NCBI GenBank assembly: GCA_963665095.1
Contig: OY762069.1
Span: 6,400,001 to 6,464,000, forward strand
DNA from: an uncultured Desulfobacter sp.
GTDB lineage: Bacteria > Desulfobacterota > Desulfobacteria > Desulfobacterales > Desulfobacteraceae
Length of the DNA stretch: 64,000 bases
Direction: 5' to 3'
A program made the translations under genes and the position numbers. Below, one piece after another: positions 56,203-64,000 of the stretch (positions are counted from its first letter, which is position 1; each line of letters opens with the position of its first letter). The notes under the pieces were generated by a model. The model saw only the letters and a list, made by a program, of their open reading frames with translations, was not told where the DNA came from and did no database searches.

Positions 56203-57606
56203 CTACCAGCCAAGGGTCAGGTAGTCGTGCATGGAGTTGGCAGCTGCACGGCCGGCACCCATGGCAAGGATAACTGTGGCAGCACCGGTAACGATGTCAC
56301 CACCGGCCCAGACACCTTTCTTGGATGTTTTCCCGGTGACAGGATCTGCTACGATATTTCCCCATTTGTTCAATTTCATATCCGGGGTGGTGCTGGTGAG
56401 AAGCGGGTTGGCATTTGAGCCTACGGAAACCACCACTAGATCACAGTCAACTTTGAATTCACTTCCCTCAATGGCCACAGGACGGCGACGGCCTGAAGCA
56501 TCAGGCTCGCCCAGTTCCATTTTCAGGCATTCCATACCAGTGAGGCGGCCGTTATCATCCCCGAAGAACTGGGTGGGATTGGTGAGCAGCACGAATTCAA
56601 TTTTTTCTTCTTCTGCATGGTGCAGCTCTTCGTTTCTTGCGGGCATCTCATCCCTGGAGCGCCTGTAAACCACCTTGACTGAGTCTGCGCCCAGGCGCAT
56701 GGCGGTTCTCGCTGAGTCCATGGCCACGTTGCCGGCACCCAAAACCACGACATTCTTGCCATGGGCAATGGGGGTGTCGTATTCAGGGAACAGATATCCT
56801 TTCATCAGGTTGGTACGGGTGAGGTATTCATTGGCAGAGTAAATGCCGATGAGGTTTTCACCAGGCAGATTCATGAATCTGGGAAGGCCTGCGCCTACAC
56901 CGATATATGCGGCGTCAAACCCTTCGTTAAACAGTTCGTCAATGGTGACGGTGGCGCCGATTACGGTGTTACATTCAATGTTGGCACCCATTTTTTCAAG
57001 GGTGGCAACTTCCGATGCAACGATCTCTTTGGGCAGACGAAATTCAGGAATGCCGTAGACCAGTACGCCGCCGGGTTTGTGGAATGCTTCGAAAATCGTT
57101 ACGTCATGGCCCTTGGCCAGAAGGTCGCCGGCAACTGTCAGCCCGGAAGGGCCGGAACCGATAACCGCCACTTTTTTGCCGGTTTTTGCTGCAACGGCAG
57201 GGGCCTCACCTGTGCCGTTCTTACGTTCCCAGTCAGCTGCAAAGCGTTCCAGATAGCCAATGGCAACTGGTTTGCCTTTTTTGCCGACCACGCATCTGCC
57301 TTCGCACTGTTCTTCCTGGGGACAGACCCTGCCGCAGACCGCGGGAAGGGCGTTGCGTTCCCAAAGTTTTCTGGCGGCAGCGGAAAAATCACCATCTGCA
57401 ATGCATTTAATAAATTCAGGAATGGATACGGAAACCGGGCAACCGTCCATACAGGCGGGTTTTTTGCACTGCAGGCAGCGCTTTGCTTCGGTAATTGCCA
57501 TCTCTTCGGTAAGCCCTAAGGGGACTTCAACAAAATTTCTGCGCCGGACATCCGGATCCTGTTCAGGCATTACTGCCCGATCAACTTTCTCTTTTTTATC
57601 AGCCAT
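56203..57606 (-). CDS. nfnB: electron-bifurcating transhydrogenase large subunit NfnB (GltD/GltA-like)
   Basis: RCLQCKKPACMDGCPV, CGRVCPQEEQCE, GSGPSG, GAGNVAMD, GGDIVTGAATVILAMGAG; downstream of an NfnA-like gene. Confidence 0.88.
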   Translation of the reverse strand: MADKKEKVDRAVMPEQDPDVRRRNFVEVPLGLTEEMAITEAKRCLQCKKPACMDGCPVSVSIPEFIKCIADGDFSAAARKLWERNALPAVCGRVCPQEEQCEGRCVVGKKGKPVAIGYLERFAADWERKNGTGEAPAVAAKTGKKVAVIGSGPSGLTVAGDLLAKGHDVTIFEAFHKPGGVLVYGIPEFRLPKEIVASEVATLEKMGANIECNTVIGATVTIDELFNEGFDAAYIGVGAGLPRFMNLPGENLIGIYSANEYLTRTNLMKGYLFPEYDTPIAHGKNVVVLGAGNVAMDSARTAMRLGADSVKVVYRRSRDEMPARNEELHHAEEEKIEFVLLTNPTQFFGDDNGRLTGMECLKMELGEPDASGRRRPVAIEGSEFKVDCDLVVVSVGSNANPLLTSTTPDMKLNKWGNIVADPVTGKTSKKGVWAGGDIVTGAATVILAMGAGRAAANSMHDYLTLGW

Positions 57607-57638
57607 TTATTCCTCCATAAGTCCCAGAAACGGGCGCG

Positions 57639-58475
57639 TTAATTTGCATTGCATTTGCATTTGTAGGCATCCATGGACTGTTTTTCAAGTTCCGTATAGG
57701 ATGCAAGTCGTTTGGCCAGGCCATCAAAATCCACCTGGTGACCGTCGAATTCCGGGCCGTCCACGCAGGCAAACTTGGTACTTCCGCCTACGGATACCCG
57801 GCAGCCGCCGCACATGCCTGTACCGTCCACCATGATGGGGTTCAGGCTGACCATGGTCTTAACGCCTTTTTCCTTGGTGATCAGGCTGCAGAATTTCATC
57901 ATGGGAATGGGACCGATGGCCACGACCAGGTCTATGTCATTGTTTTCAATGGTCTCTTTCAATACATCGGTGACAAAGCCGTGGTGTCCCTTTGACCCGT
58001 CATCTGTGCAGATATGGAAGTTATCGGAGACCGCACGCATTTTGTCCTCCAGGATCAAAAGATCATAGGTCCTTGAGCCCAGAATAGTGGTGACTTCGTT
58101 TCCGGCTGCATGCAGGGCACGGGTAATGGGGTGCAGTACGGCTATACCGGTACCACCGCCTACGCAGACAACCTTACCCAGTTTCTCGATGTGGGTGGGT
58201 GCACCCAGCGGGCCGATGAGCGCATAGTACTCATCGCCTACCTTAAGATCCCGGAACCGGGCAGTAGATTTGCCTACGACCATATAAATAATAGTTATAG
58301 TGCCTTTTTCCGGGTCGGTATCCGCCATGGTCAGCGGGATCCGCTCTCCGGTTTCGTCTGCCTGAAGAATGACAAACTGACCGGGTTTGGCCTTCCTGGA
58401 AATGCGAGGCGCTTCTATCTCGTTGAGGATAATGGTCCCCTGGGCCAACTCCTCACGATGAACTAATTTTGCCAT
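57639..58475 (-). CDS. nfnA: electron-bifurcating transhydrogenase small subunit NfnA (PyrK/SudB-like)
   Basis: PGQFVIL..GERIPLT, GGGTG, IGPIPMM, NPIMVDGTGMCGGCR..CVDGPEF (Asp-ligated 2Fe-2S motif). Confidence 0.88.
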   Translation of the reverse strand: MAKLVHREELAQGTIILNEIEAPRISRKAKPGQFVILQADETGERIPLTMADTDPEKGTITIIYMVVGKSTARFRDLKVGDEYYALIGPLGAPTHIEKLGKVVCVGGGTGIAVLHPITRALHAAGNEVTTILGSRTYDLLILEDKMRAVSDNFHICTDDGSKGHHGFVTDVLKETIENNDIDLVVAIGPIPMMKFCSLITKEKGVKTMVSLNPIMVDGTGMCGGCRVSVGGSTKFACVDGPEFDGHQVDFDGLAKRLASYTELEKQSMDAYKCKCNAN

Positions 58476-58799
58476 TACTACCTCCTAATGAATAGTATAT
58501 ATAAATTTTAAGGATATACGGAAATCATAACATCCTGTATGAGTGAATCTAATTCATAACCTTACTTAAAATCAAGCAGAAAACAGACGTATAATTACCA
58601 AAGTTGATTTTTTTAAAAAGTAATCGCAAACATCAATGTCTTGGATGTCGATAACCGATAAATTCAGGCTGAGAAGGGAGAGAATAATTGCCTTATTCTA
58701 GAAGTTCAACTGAGAAAAGTATGGGGTCACGAACAAATTAATATTCATCAAATGTGTTGTTTTTTATCTCCTTTGACTGATGTTGGCTGGGAAACAAAG

Positions 58800-58835
58800 C
58801 CGGGGTACAAGATCCTGCTGGTTTCTGCACCCCGG
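58800..58835 (-). terminator. probable terminator hairpin after PEPCK
   Basis: CCGGGGTGCA / TGTACCCCGG stem on the minus strand, followed by CTTTGTTT. Confidence 0.5.
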
Positions 58836-58851
58836 AGTAGTTATCAGGTTA

Positions 58852-60789
58852 TCAGTTTTCAAAATATTCCGGCAGGACAACCGGTCCGGCACTTTCTTTT
58901 AAAGCGGAAAGAGCGATCTTCTGTGCCGACAGAATGTCAAACAGTGTTCCAGGAATATTTTCTTCTTTGGCGTAAGCCTTTTCCTGCAGATCAATGCGTT
59001 GGATGATGTTTTCTGTGTACAGCGAAAACTGTTTGTCATAAAGATCTTTGGTGTAGTCTTTGTCAATAATCTCTTTGAACAGGCCGGCAAGCTCTTCATA
59101 TACCGGCAGGTTCCCGATGGGGGTTGACAGGTATTTAACCTCGCCGTGGGCATATCTTTCCAGCCAGGCCAGCCAGACTTTTACATCTCTTTTTTCGCCC
59201 AGAAGTTTTTTGGAATCGCCGCCTCTGGCCTGGTGGGTGAGAAAATAGTTGAGCCCTGCCATGACCGGTTTAAACGGCTCTTTAATATCAGGGTTGCCGA
59301 AAAATTTGAACTGGGCATCCATGTAATCCCCTAAAGCACCTGGGATAAAAGGGGCATTGGCCCAGGGCGCCCGTTTAACACCGGTGACGCCGACTTCAGT
59401 GGCGGTTGCGGCAGACACAATGCAGGCCCCGATCACAACGCCGGCTTCAGCGGTCTGGGCGACCCAGACCGGCGGCATGGCGTCAGCATCACGGCCTGAA
59501 TAGGTGAATACCCGTGTGGTTACACCCTCGGGGTTGGCAGCCTCAGGCGAGTAGTTGTCCAGGCTCTGGGACGCCAGGGTACATCTGGAGTTGGGATGGG
59601 ACATGGGGACGGGTTCACCCTTGTCATTGGTTTTGCCCTGATGCCATTCCCCCTGGAAATTGATTCCCTTTTCAGGGGCTGGCTCCATATTACCCACCCA
59701 GTGGGGTTTGTTGTCTTCGTCAATAAGTACATTGGACCAGATAACTTCATGGCCTGGCTGCCGCAGCACCTTCATCAGTATCGGGTCCCCTTCAAGGTTT
59801 ACATCCTCCACAATACCGAAAATACCATCTTCCGGGTTAATGGAACGGATACTGCCGTCTTCTGCAATCCACATCTGGGCGAGGTCATCGCCCACAAACA
59901 CATTGCCGGCCATGGCGGTGGTGGTTTTTCCGCATCCGGAAGGGGCCGCACCTGCACACCAGGTGGTCCGCCCTCCTGGTCCATGGATGCCGGTGATAAA
60001 CATATGTTCGGACAGCTCTTTGCCCCGGTCCTGGTATACAGCCTTGTCAACGGCAAACCGGTGATTGCCTTTTTTCAGCAGCAGGGTGTTTCCGGCATAG
60101 GTGCAATGCCAGGAATAGGTGGTCTGGTATCTGCGGTCCATGAAAACTCTTGCGGAAGGCAGGTCTTCTGGACGGTTCAAACCTTCGGAATGGACATTGG
60201 TGAAAAAATAGCCCTTGGTTTCCACCTCACGGTCAAAATCGTCAAAGGAATTTCTGTAAAGCAGTTCCGCACTGTGGGCCACATAGGCCGAAGATGTGAT
60301 TTCAAGGGCCGGGTTGGCCACAGGCGCCCCCACCGGCCCTCTCATGTAAAAGCCGACAATCATGGTCATCTCTTTCATGATGCCCGTCATGTTGGCTTCA
60401 ATGTCTGCAAGGGCTTCTTCCGGTGTCATACGGTTGGCAAGGCTGGAGACCAGATCTTCGGGCGGGGCGATATAGTAGGTGCGGTCTACGATTCTGCCCT
60501 GTTCTTCTGCCAGGTCATAATGGATGGTATGGTTCTCCATGGCCAGGGGTTTTTCCTCCCCTTTTTCAATGGCAATGCGGCGTACTTCGGCTTTATCTTC
60601 GTCAGATCCCGTATTAATAAATACTTTTAATGGTCGGCACAGGGCAATGGCGTTGGCGATGCGAATCAGAACATCCGGATGTTTGATTTTTGAAATTTTC
60701 GCCAGCTGAATGTTGTCAAGTTTTGATGCGAACAGGCCTTGGGCCTGAGTCAGAGAAGTGATTTTACCAAGTGTATTTAAAGGGTCCAT
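58852..60789 (-). CDS. pckG: phosphoenolpyruvate carboxykinase (GTP)
   Basis: YAGNTLLLKK, SEHMFI, GAAPSGCGKT, VGDDLA, INPEDGIFG, HPNSR. Confidence 0.92.
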   Translation of the reverse strand: MDPLNTLGKITSLTQAQGLFASKLDNIQLAKISKIKHPDVLIRIANAIALCRPLKVFINTGSDEDKAEVRRIAIEKGEEKPLAMENHTIHYDLAEEQGRIVDRTYYIAPPEDLVSSLANRMTPEEALADIEANMTGIMKEMTMIVGFYMRGPVGAPVANPALEITSSAYVAHSAELLYRNSFDDFDREVETKGYFFTNVHSEGLNRPEDLPSARVFMDRRYQTTYSWHCTYAGNTLLLKKGNHRFAVDKAVYQDRGKELSEHMFITGIHGPGGRTTWCAGAAPSGCGKTTTAMAGNVFVGDDLAQMWIAEDGSIRSINPEDGIFGIVEDVNLEGDPILMKVLRQPGHEVIWSNVLIDEDNKPHWVGNMEPAPEKGINFQGEWHQGKTNDKGEPVPMSHPNSRCTLASQSLDNYSPEAANPEGVTTRVFTYSGRDADAMPPVWVAQTAEAGVVIGACIVSAATATEVGVTGVKRAPWANAPFIPGALGDYMDAQFKFFGNPDIKEPFKPVMAGLNYFLTHQARGGDSKKLLGEKRDVKVWLAWLERYAHGEVKYLSTPIGNLPVYEELAGLFKEIIDKDYTKDLYDKQFSLYTENIIQRIDLQEKAYAKEENIPGTLFDILSAQKIALSALKESAGPVVLPEYFEN

Positions 60790-61027
60790 AGCTCTTACGT
60801 CCAGAAAATGTTAGTGGTTCAGGTTTAAATTACATAAAACTTCCATATTTTAAAACAACAGTAACGCAAACGCATTTAGGTGCGAATTATAATAGTTTTT
60901 TCTTCTAACACTTAACTAAGAAAAAGCAAATAAATTATTAACAAATAATAAAAAAAAGAAAGGTCCACCTGGAGATAGATTTATGATAAACAGATTCCAA
61001 TTCAATTAAGATTTAAGGAGTCTTAGA

Positions 61028-61936
61028 ATGGATAACCATATATTTGCAGATCTGCACAACCACACCACTGCCTCTGACGGAGATTCTTCTCCCCGGGAGC
61101 TGGTGGCAGCCGCTGCCGGTAAAGGCATCCGGGTGCTCGGGGTGACTGACCATGATACCCTGGAAGGGCTTGGGCCTGCACTGGATGCAGGGAAGTCGCT
61201 TGGGATTGAGGTGGTTACAGGGGTTGAAATTTCTGTGCGGTTCAACCGGCCCTTTTTTACCGGTACCCTGCATGTGCTGGCTTATTTCTCCAATTCGCTG
61301 CTTGAAAATCCGGGCTTTGTGACACGGTTTAAGGCGCTGCTTGCCGGCGGACGCGGCCAGGCCCTGGTGCGGGCCAGAATTGAAAAGATCAACCAGGTGT
61401 TCGGACCTGCCGGGGCGTCACCCGTATTGAAGCGGGATCTTGTTTTTGAGGATATCGCCGCCTATTCGGATAATGCTTCCCGCCGCCATTTTGCCCTGGC
61501 CCTGTCCGAGAAGCTGGGAATCACGGATAAGGATATGGTCACCCGGATCATCGGTAACGACAGCCCGGCCTATCTGCCCTCGGGCGTGGACCTGGCCCCG
61601 GCTGCCGCCTTTATCAAAGAGGAGCCTGTGGTGGCGGTGCTGGCCCATCCGGCCGCCGGATCCTTTCCCGGGCAGGGGCATTACAAAGAGGTGCTGCCCC
61701 CCGTGGAAACCGTGGAGAAGCTGCTGCCTGAATTCCTGGATGCCGGGATCAAAGGACTTGAAGTCCGTTATCCGGGACATACCCGGGAGTACCAGGACCT
61801 TTTGCTCTCCTGGGCTCAAAAATACGATCTCCTTGTCACAGGCGGCTCAGACTGCCATGACCTGACTGACAGACCCCTGGGTGTGTCAGGGGTGAGTGTT
61901 CAGGAATTCAACCGTTTAAAGGCGGCTTTGTCATGA
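61028..61936 (+). CDS. PHP domain protein (3',5'-nucleoside bisphosphate phosphatase-like)
   Basis: DLHNHTTASDG, TDHDT, GVEIS, LAHP, TGGSDCH. Confidence 0.9.
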   Translation: MDNHIFADLHNHTTASDGDSSPRELVAAAAGKGIRVLGVTDHDTLEGLGPALDAGKSLGIEVVTGVEISVRFNRPFFTGTLHVLAYFSNSLLENPGFVTRFKALLAGGRGQALVRARIEKINQVFGPAGASPVLKRDLVFEDIAAYSDNASRRHFALALSEKLGITDKDMVTRIIGNDSPAYLPSGVDLAPAAAFIKEEPVVAVLAHPAAGSFPGQGHYKEVLPPVETVEKLLPEFLDAGIKGLEVRYPGHTREYQDLLLSWAQKYDLLVTGGSDCHDLTDRPLGVSGVSVQEFNRLKAALS

Positions 61937-62388
61937 GAAGAGCAGAGAAACAGATAACTGACCAGGATCAAATTGACAAAATTATCAAAGCAGCCAGGGT
62001 CTGCCGGTTAGGTCTGTCTGACAATGGACAGCCCTATGTGGTGCCGTTACACTTCGGCTATGCTCCGCCTTTTTTCTATTTCCACAGTGCAGATCAGGGA
62101 CGCAAACTTGATATCCTGGCTGCCAATTCCAGGGTCTGCTTTGAGTTTGATGAACTTGAAAAAATCAATAAGCACGCGTCTGCCTGCCACTGGGGCTCAG
62201 CTTTTGTCAGCATCATCGGTGAAGGAGAGGCAAGAATTCTTACTGATCCGAAAGATAAGATTAAAGGCCTGGCCTGCATCATGGCCCAGTATTCCTCCCG
62301 CACCTTTGAATTTGATGAGGAGAGCCTTGCCAAAACCGCCGTAATCGAGGTGACAATTTCCAGCATGACTGCCAAGCGGTCGGGTTAA
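61933..62388 (+). CDS. pyridoxamine 5'-phosphate oxidase family flavin-binding protein (NimA-like)
   Basis: MRRAEKQI, CRLGL..PYVVPL.FGY, YFHSA..GRKLD, VCFE. Confidence 0.88.
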   Translation: MRRAEKQITDQDQIDKIIKAARVCRLGLSDNGQPYVVPLHFGYAPPFFYFHSADQGRKLDILAANSRVCFEFDELEKINKHASACHWGSAFVSIIGEGEARILTDPKDKIKGLACIMAQYSSRTFEFDEESLAKTAVIEVTISSMTAKRSG

Positions 62389-62430
62389 TCAAAAATCCAT
62401 ATGGGAAATGGGAGAATGGAATTTGCGGTA

Positions 62431-62459
62431 AGGCAGCAAGTTCGAATCACTTGCTGCCT
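62431..62459. terminator. hairpin between convergent genes
   Basis: AGGCAGCAAGT / ACTTGCTGCCT perfect 11-bp stem. Confidence 0.65.
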
Positions 62460-62466
62460 AAATGCG

Positions 62467-63864
62467 TTAAAAGGTCTTTTTTAGGGCTCTGGCAACGGCC
62501 GTGACCATGGTGTCGATCTCTGCCTCAGACACCGTGAGGCAGGGAACGAAATACAACGTCGTATTCATGCCCGGCAGGCTGGAGTTGGTGCGGCCCACAA
62601 TCACCTTTTCAGCCAGAATGTTGCCCATCAGTTGCGCCATCTGGGCCTCACTGGGGGGTGTTTTCTTCTCTTTGTCGACAACAATTTCCAGGCCGCAGAA
62701 CAGGCCCACACCCCTGGCGTCTCCCACCACCGGCAGCGTGGCCAGTTCTTTGAGTCTGTCAAGAAGGATCTCGCCTTTAACCCTGCTGTTTTCCACCAGG
62801 TGTTCGTCTTCAATGATCCGGGTGCTTTCAAGGGCTGCGGCCATGGGGGCGGCACAACCGCCATAGGTGCTGATATCCCGGAAAAAATGGGTCTGCTCGT
62901 CCGGATTGGCAGGGTCGTTAAGAAAAATATCATAAATTTCCTGTTTTACGGCTGTGGCGGAAAGGGCCTCATAGGAGCTTGCCAGCCCTTTGGCCATGGT
63001 GATGATCTCGGGATTCACATCATAGTGTTCATGACCGAAAAATTTTCCCGTGCGGCCAAATCCGCACACCACCTCATCCATGATGATCCAGACGCCGTAT
63101 TTTCTGCAGATCTCCTGAACAATGGGGAAGTACTCTTTAACCGGTGGAATGATGCCGCCGCCCGCAGTGATGGGCTCCACAATAAATCCGCCCACGGTGT
63201 CCGGCCCTTCCCTGAGAATCACATCCTCCACCGCCCTTGCACAGTCAATGTTACAGCCGGGATAGGTCTTGTCAAAGGGGCAGCGGTAGCAAAGGCAGTG
63301 CGGCACTTCAGGGAAGCCGTCCACAAAGGGGCCAAACCCTTTTTTACGTTCAAGCTGGCCGCAGGCGCTCATGGTGGCTACAGTGGTCCCGTGATAATCG
63401 CGGTCCCGGTAAAGAATTTTGTATTTTCCTTTTCGTTCAGGGGCAATCCTGGAGGCCAGGCGTACCATTTTAAATGCCTTTTCATTGGCTTCGGAACCGG
63501 AGTTGGAAAAGTAGATTTTCCCGTGCCCTGGCAGAAGTTCCAAGAGCTTGGCCGCAAACTTAATGGCGGGAATGGATCCGTAGGCCCCTGCAAAATAGGG
63601 CATCTCTTTAAGCTGCTCATAGACGGCCCGGGCAATGGATTCCCTTCCGTATCCCACCATGACACTCCAGACACCCCCTGAGGTGGCATCCAGGTATTCG
63701 TTGCCCCGGATGTCACGGATTTTTAACCCGTTGCCGCCCACAACGATCATCTGTTCCTTATCTTTAAAAACCGTGTGGGATTTCAGGTGGTGCCACAAGC
63801 TGTTTTTGTCGTTTTCCACCATGGTCTCAATGTCGTAATCGAGCCAGTTGACAGGTGTTGTCAT
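62467..63864 (-). CDS. tpa: class III aminotransferase, taurine--pyruvate aminotransferase-like
   Basis: LWHHL, LDATSGGVWSVMVGYGRESIA, NSGSEANEKAFK, YRDRDYHGTT, EPITAGGG, DEVVCG, FFRDISTYGGC, resembling Tpa. Confidence 0.75.
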   Translation of the reverse strand: MTTPVNWLDYDIETMVENDKNSLWHHLKSHTVFKDKEQMIVVGGNGLKIRDIRGNEYLDATSGGVWSVMVGYGRESIARAVYEQLKEMPYFAGAYGSIPAIKFAAKLLELLPGHGKIYFSNSGSEANEKAFKMVRLASRIAPERKGKYKILYRDRDYHGTTVATMSACGQLERKKGFGPFVDGFPEVPHCLCYRCPFDKTYPGCNIDCARAVEDVILREGPDTVGGFIVEPITAGGGIIPPVKEYFPIVQEICRKYGVWIIMDEVVCGFGRTGKFFGHEHYDVNPEIITMAKGLASSYEALSATAVKQEIYDIFLNDPANPDEQTHFFRDISTYGGCAAPMAAALESTRIIEDEHLVENSRVKGEILLDRLKELATLPVVGDARGVGLFCGLEIVVDKEKKTPPSEAQMAQLMGNILAEKVIVGRTNSSLPGMNTTLYFVPCLTVSEAEIDTMVTAVARALKKTF

Positions 63865-64000
63865 GATATGATTCCTTTGTCTTTTGCGTGCTTTTTTTTC
63901 AGCCCCTTTAATGCGCGGGCTACTTCTGCCTGTCCTTTAAGTTTAAGGGCTGCCTTGTCATAAAAATCCATGGCGCGATCCCCCATGTGAAGAATCAGAG
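63861..64000 (-). CDS. 3' end of an unidentified gene translationally coupled to tpa (partial)
   Basis: Open frame LILHMGDRAMDFYDKAALKLKGQAEVARALKGLKKKHAKDKGIIS* ends in a TGA overlapping the tpa ATG (ATGA). Confidence 0.55.
   Translation of the reverse strand, partial: LILHMGDRAMDFYDKAALKLKGQAEVARALKGLKKKHAKDKGIIS

Noticed and set aside
56203..57606. Glutamate synthase small subunit
   Set aside because: No large subunit gltB; it is paired with an NfnA-like gene, so NfnAB is more likely
58540..58559. Rex operator upstream of nfnA (GAGTGAATCTAATTCATAA)
   Set aside because: Half-site spacing is one base longer than the TTGTGAA-N4-TTCACAA consensus and there are several mismatches
4786..58835. 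REP family formed by hairpins at ~4786-4816 and 58800-58835 sharing CCGGGGTGCAGA
   Set aside because: Only 12 nt shared in two copies; both are explained as ordinary intercistronic or terminator hairpins
31410..63681. Long antisense ORFs (e.g. 31410-32255, 36024-36788, 56761-57519, 59596-60630, 62632-63681)
   Set aside because: They lie opposite well-supported genes and show no recognisable motifs; they are shadow ORFs from codon bias

Overview
Bacterial chromosomal window, most likely from a sulfate-reducing Desulfobacteraceae-type deltaproteobacterium (inferred from the multiheme cytochrome c3, AOR/MoaD, NfnAB and a CooT/DUF3842 pair). From left to right: (i) a LacI-regulated beta-keto-acid cleavage (BKACE) / 3-hydroxyacyl dehydrogenase / TctCBA module; (ii) an accessory patch with yaaA, a truncated MarR, a ZU5-like lipoprotein, a sigma54 activator with its divergent -24/-12 promoter, and a ThiF/MoeB remnant; (iii) a ~27 kb polyamine/omega-amine catabolic island (13.1-39.7 kb) with two PotABCD-type transporters, two putrescine aminotransferases, a saccharopine-dehydrogenase-like enzyme, an aldehyde:ferredoxin oxidoreductase, a NylB-like hydrolase, aguA/aguB, patD, gabT/gabD and three regulators (Lrp, LysR, TetR); (iv) housekeeping genes (nadB, menG/ubiE, dnaJ, queD); (v) a ~450 bp highly structured non-coding element beside a frameshifted PG-binding/caspase/FGE-sulfatase gene with a DGR-target-like C-terminus; (vi) dcyD/cuyA-like + racemase, lysE, puuD-like, octaheme cytochrome c3, tmk, nfnAB, GTP-PEPCK and tpa. 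I saw no rRNA, tRNA, CRISPR array, transposase or reverse transcriptase. The best candidate for an undescribed system is an oxygen-independent polyamine degradation route in which an NAD(P)-dependent saccharopine-dehydrogenase-like enzyme may cleave secondary amines and AOR may oxidise the aminoaldehydes. All assignments come from motif recognition by eye; no database searches were run.
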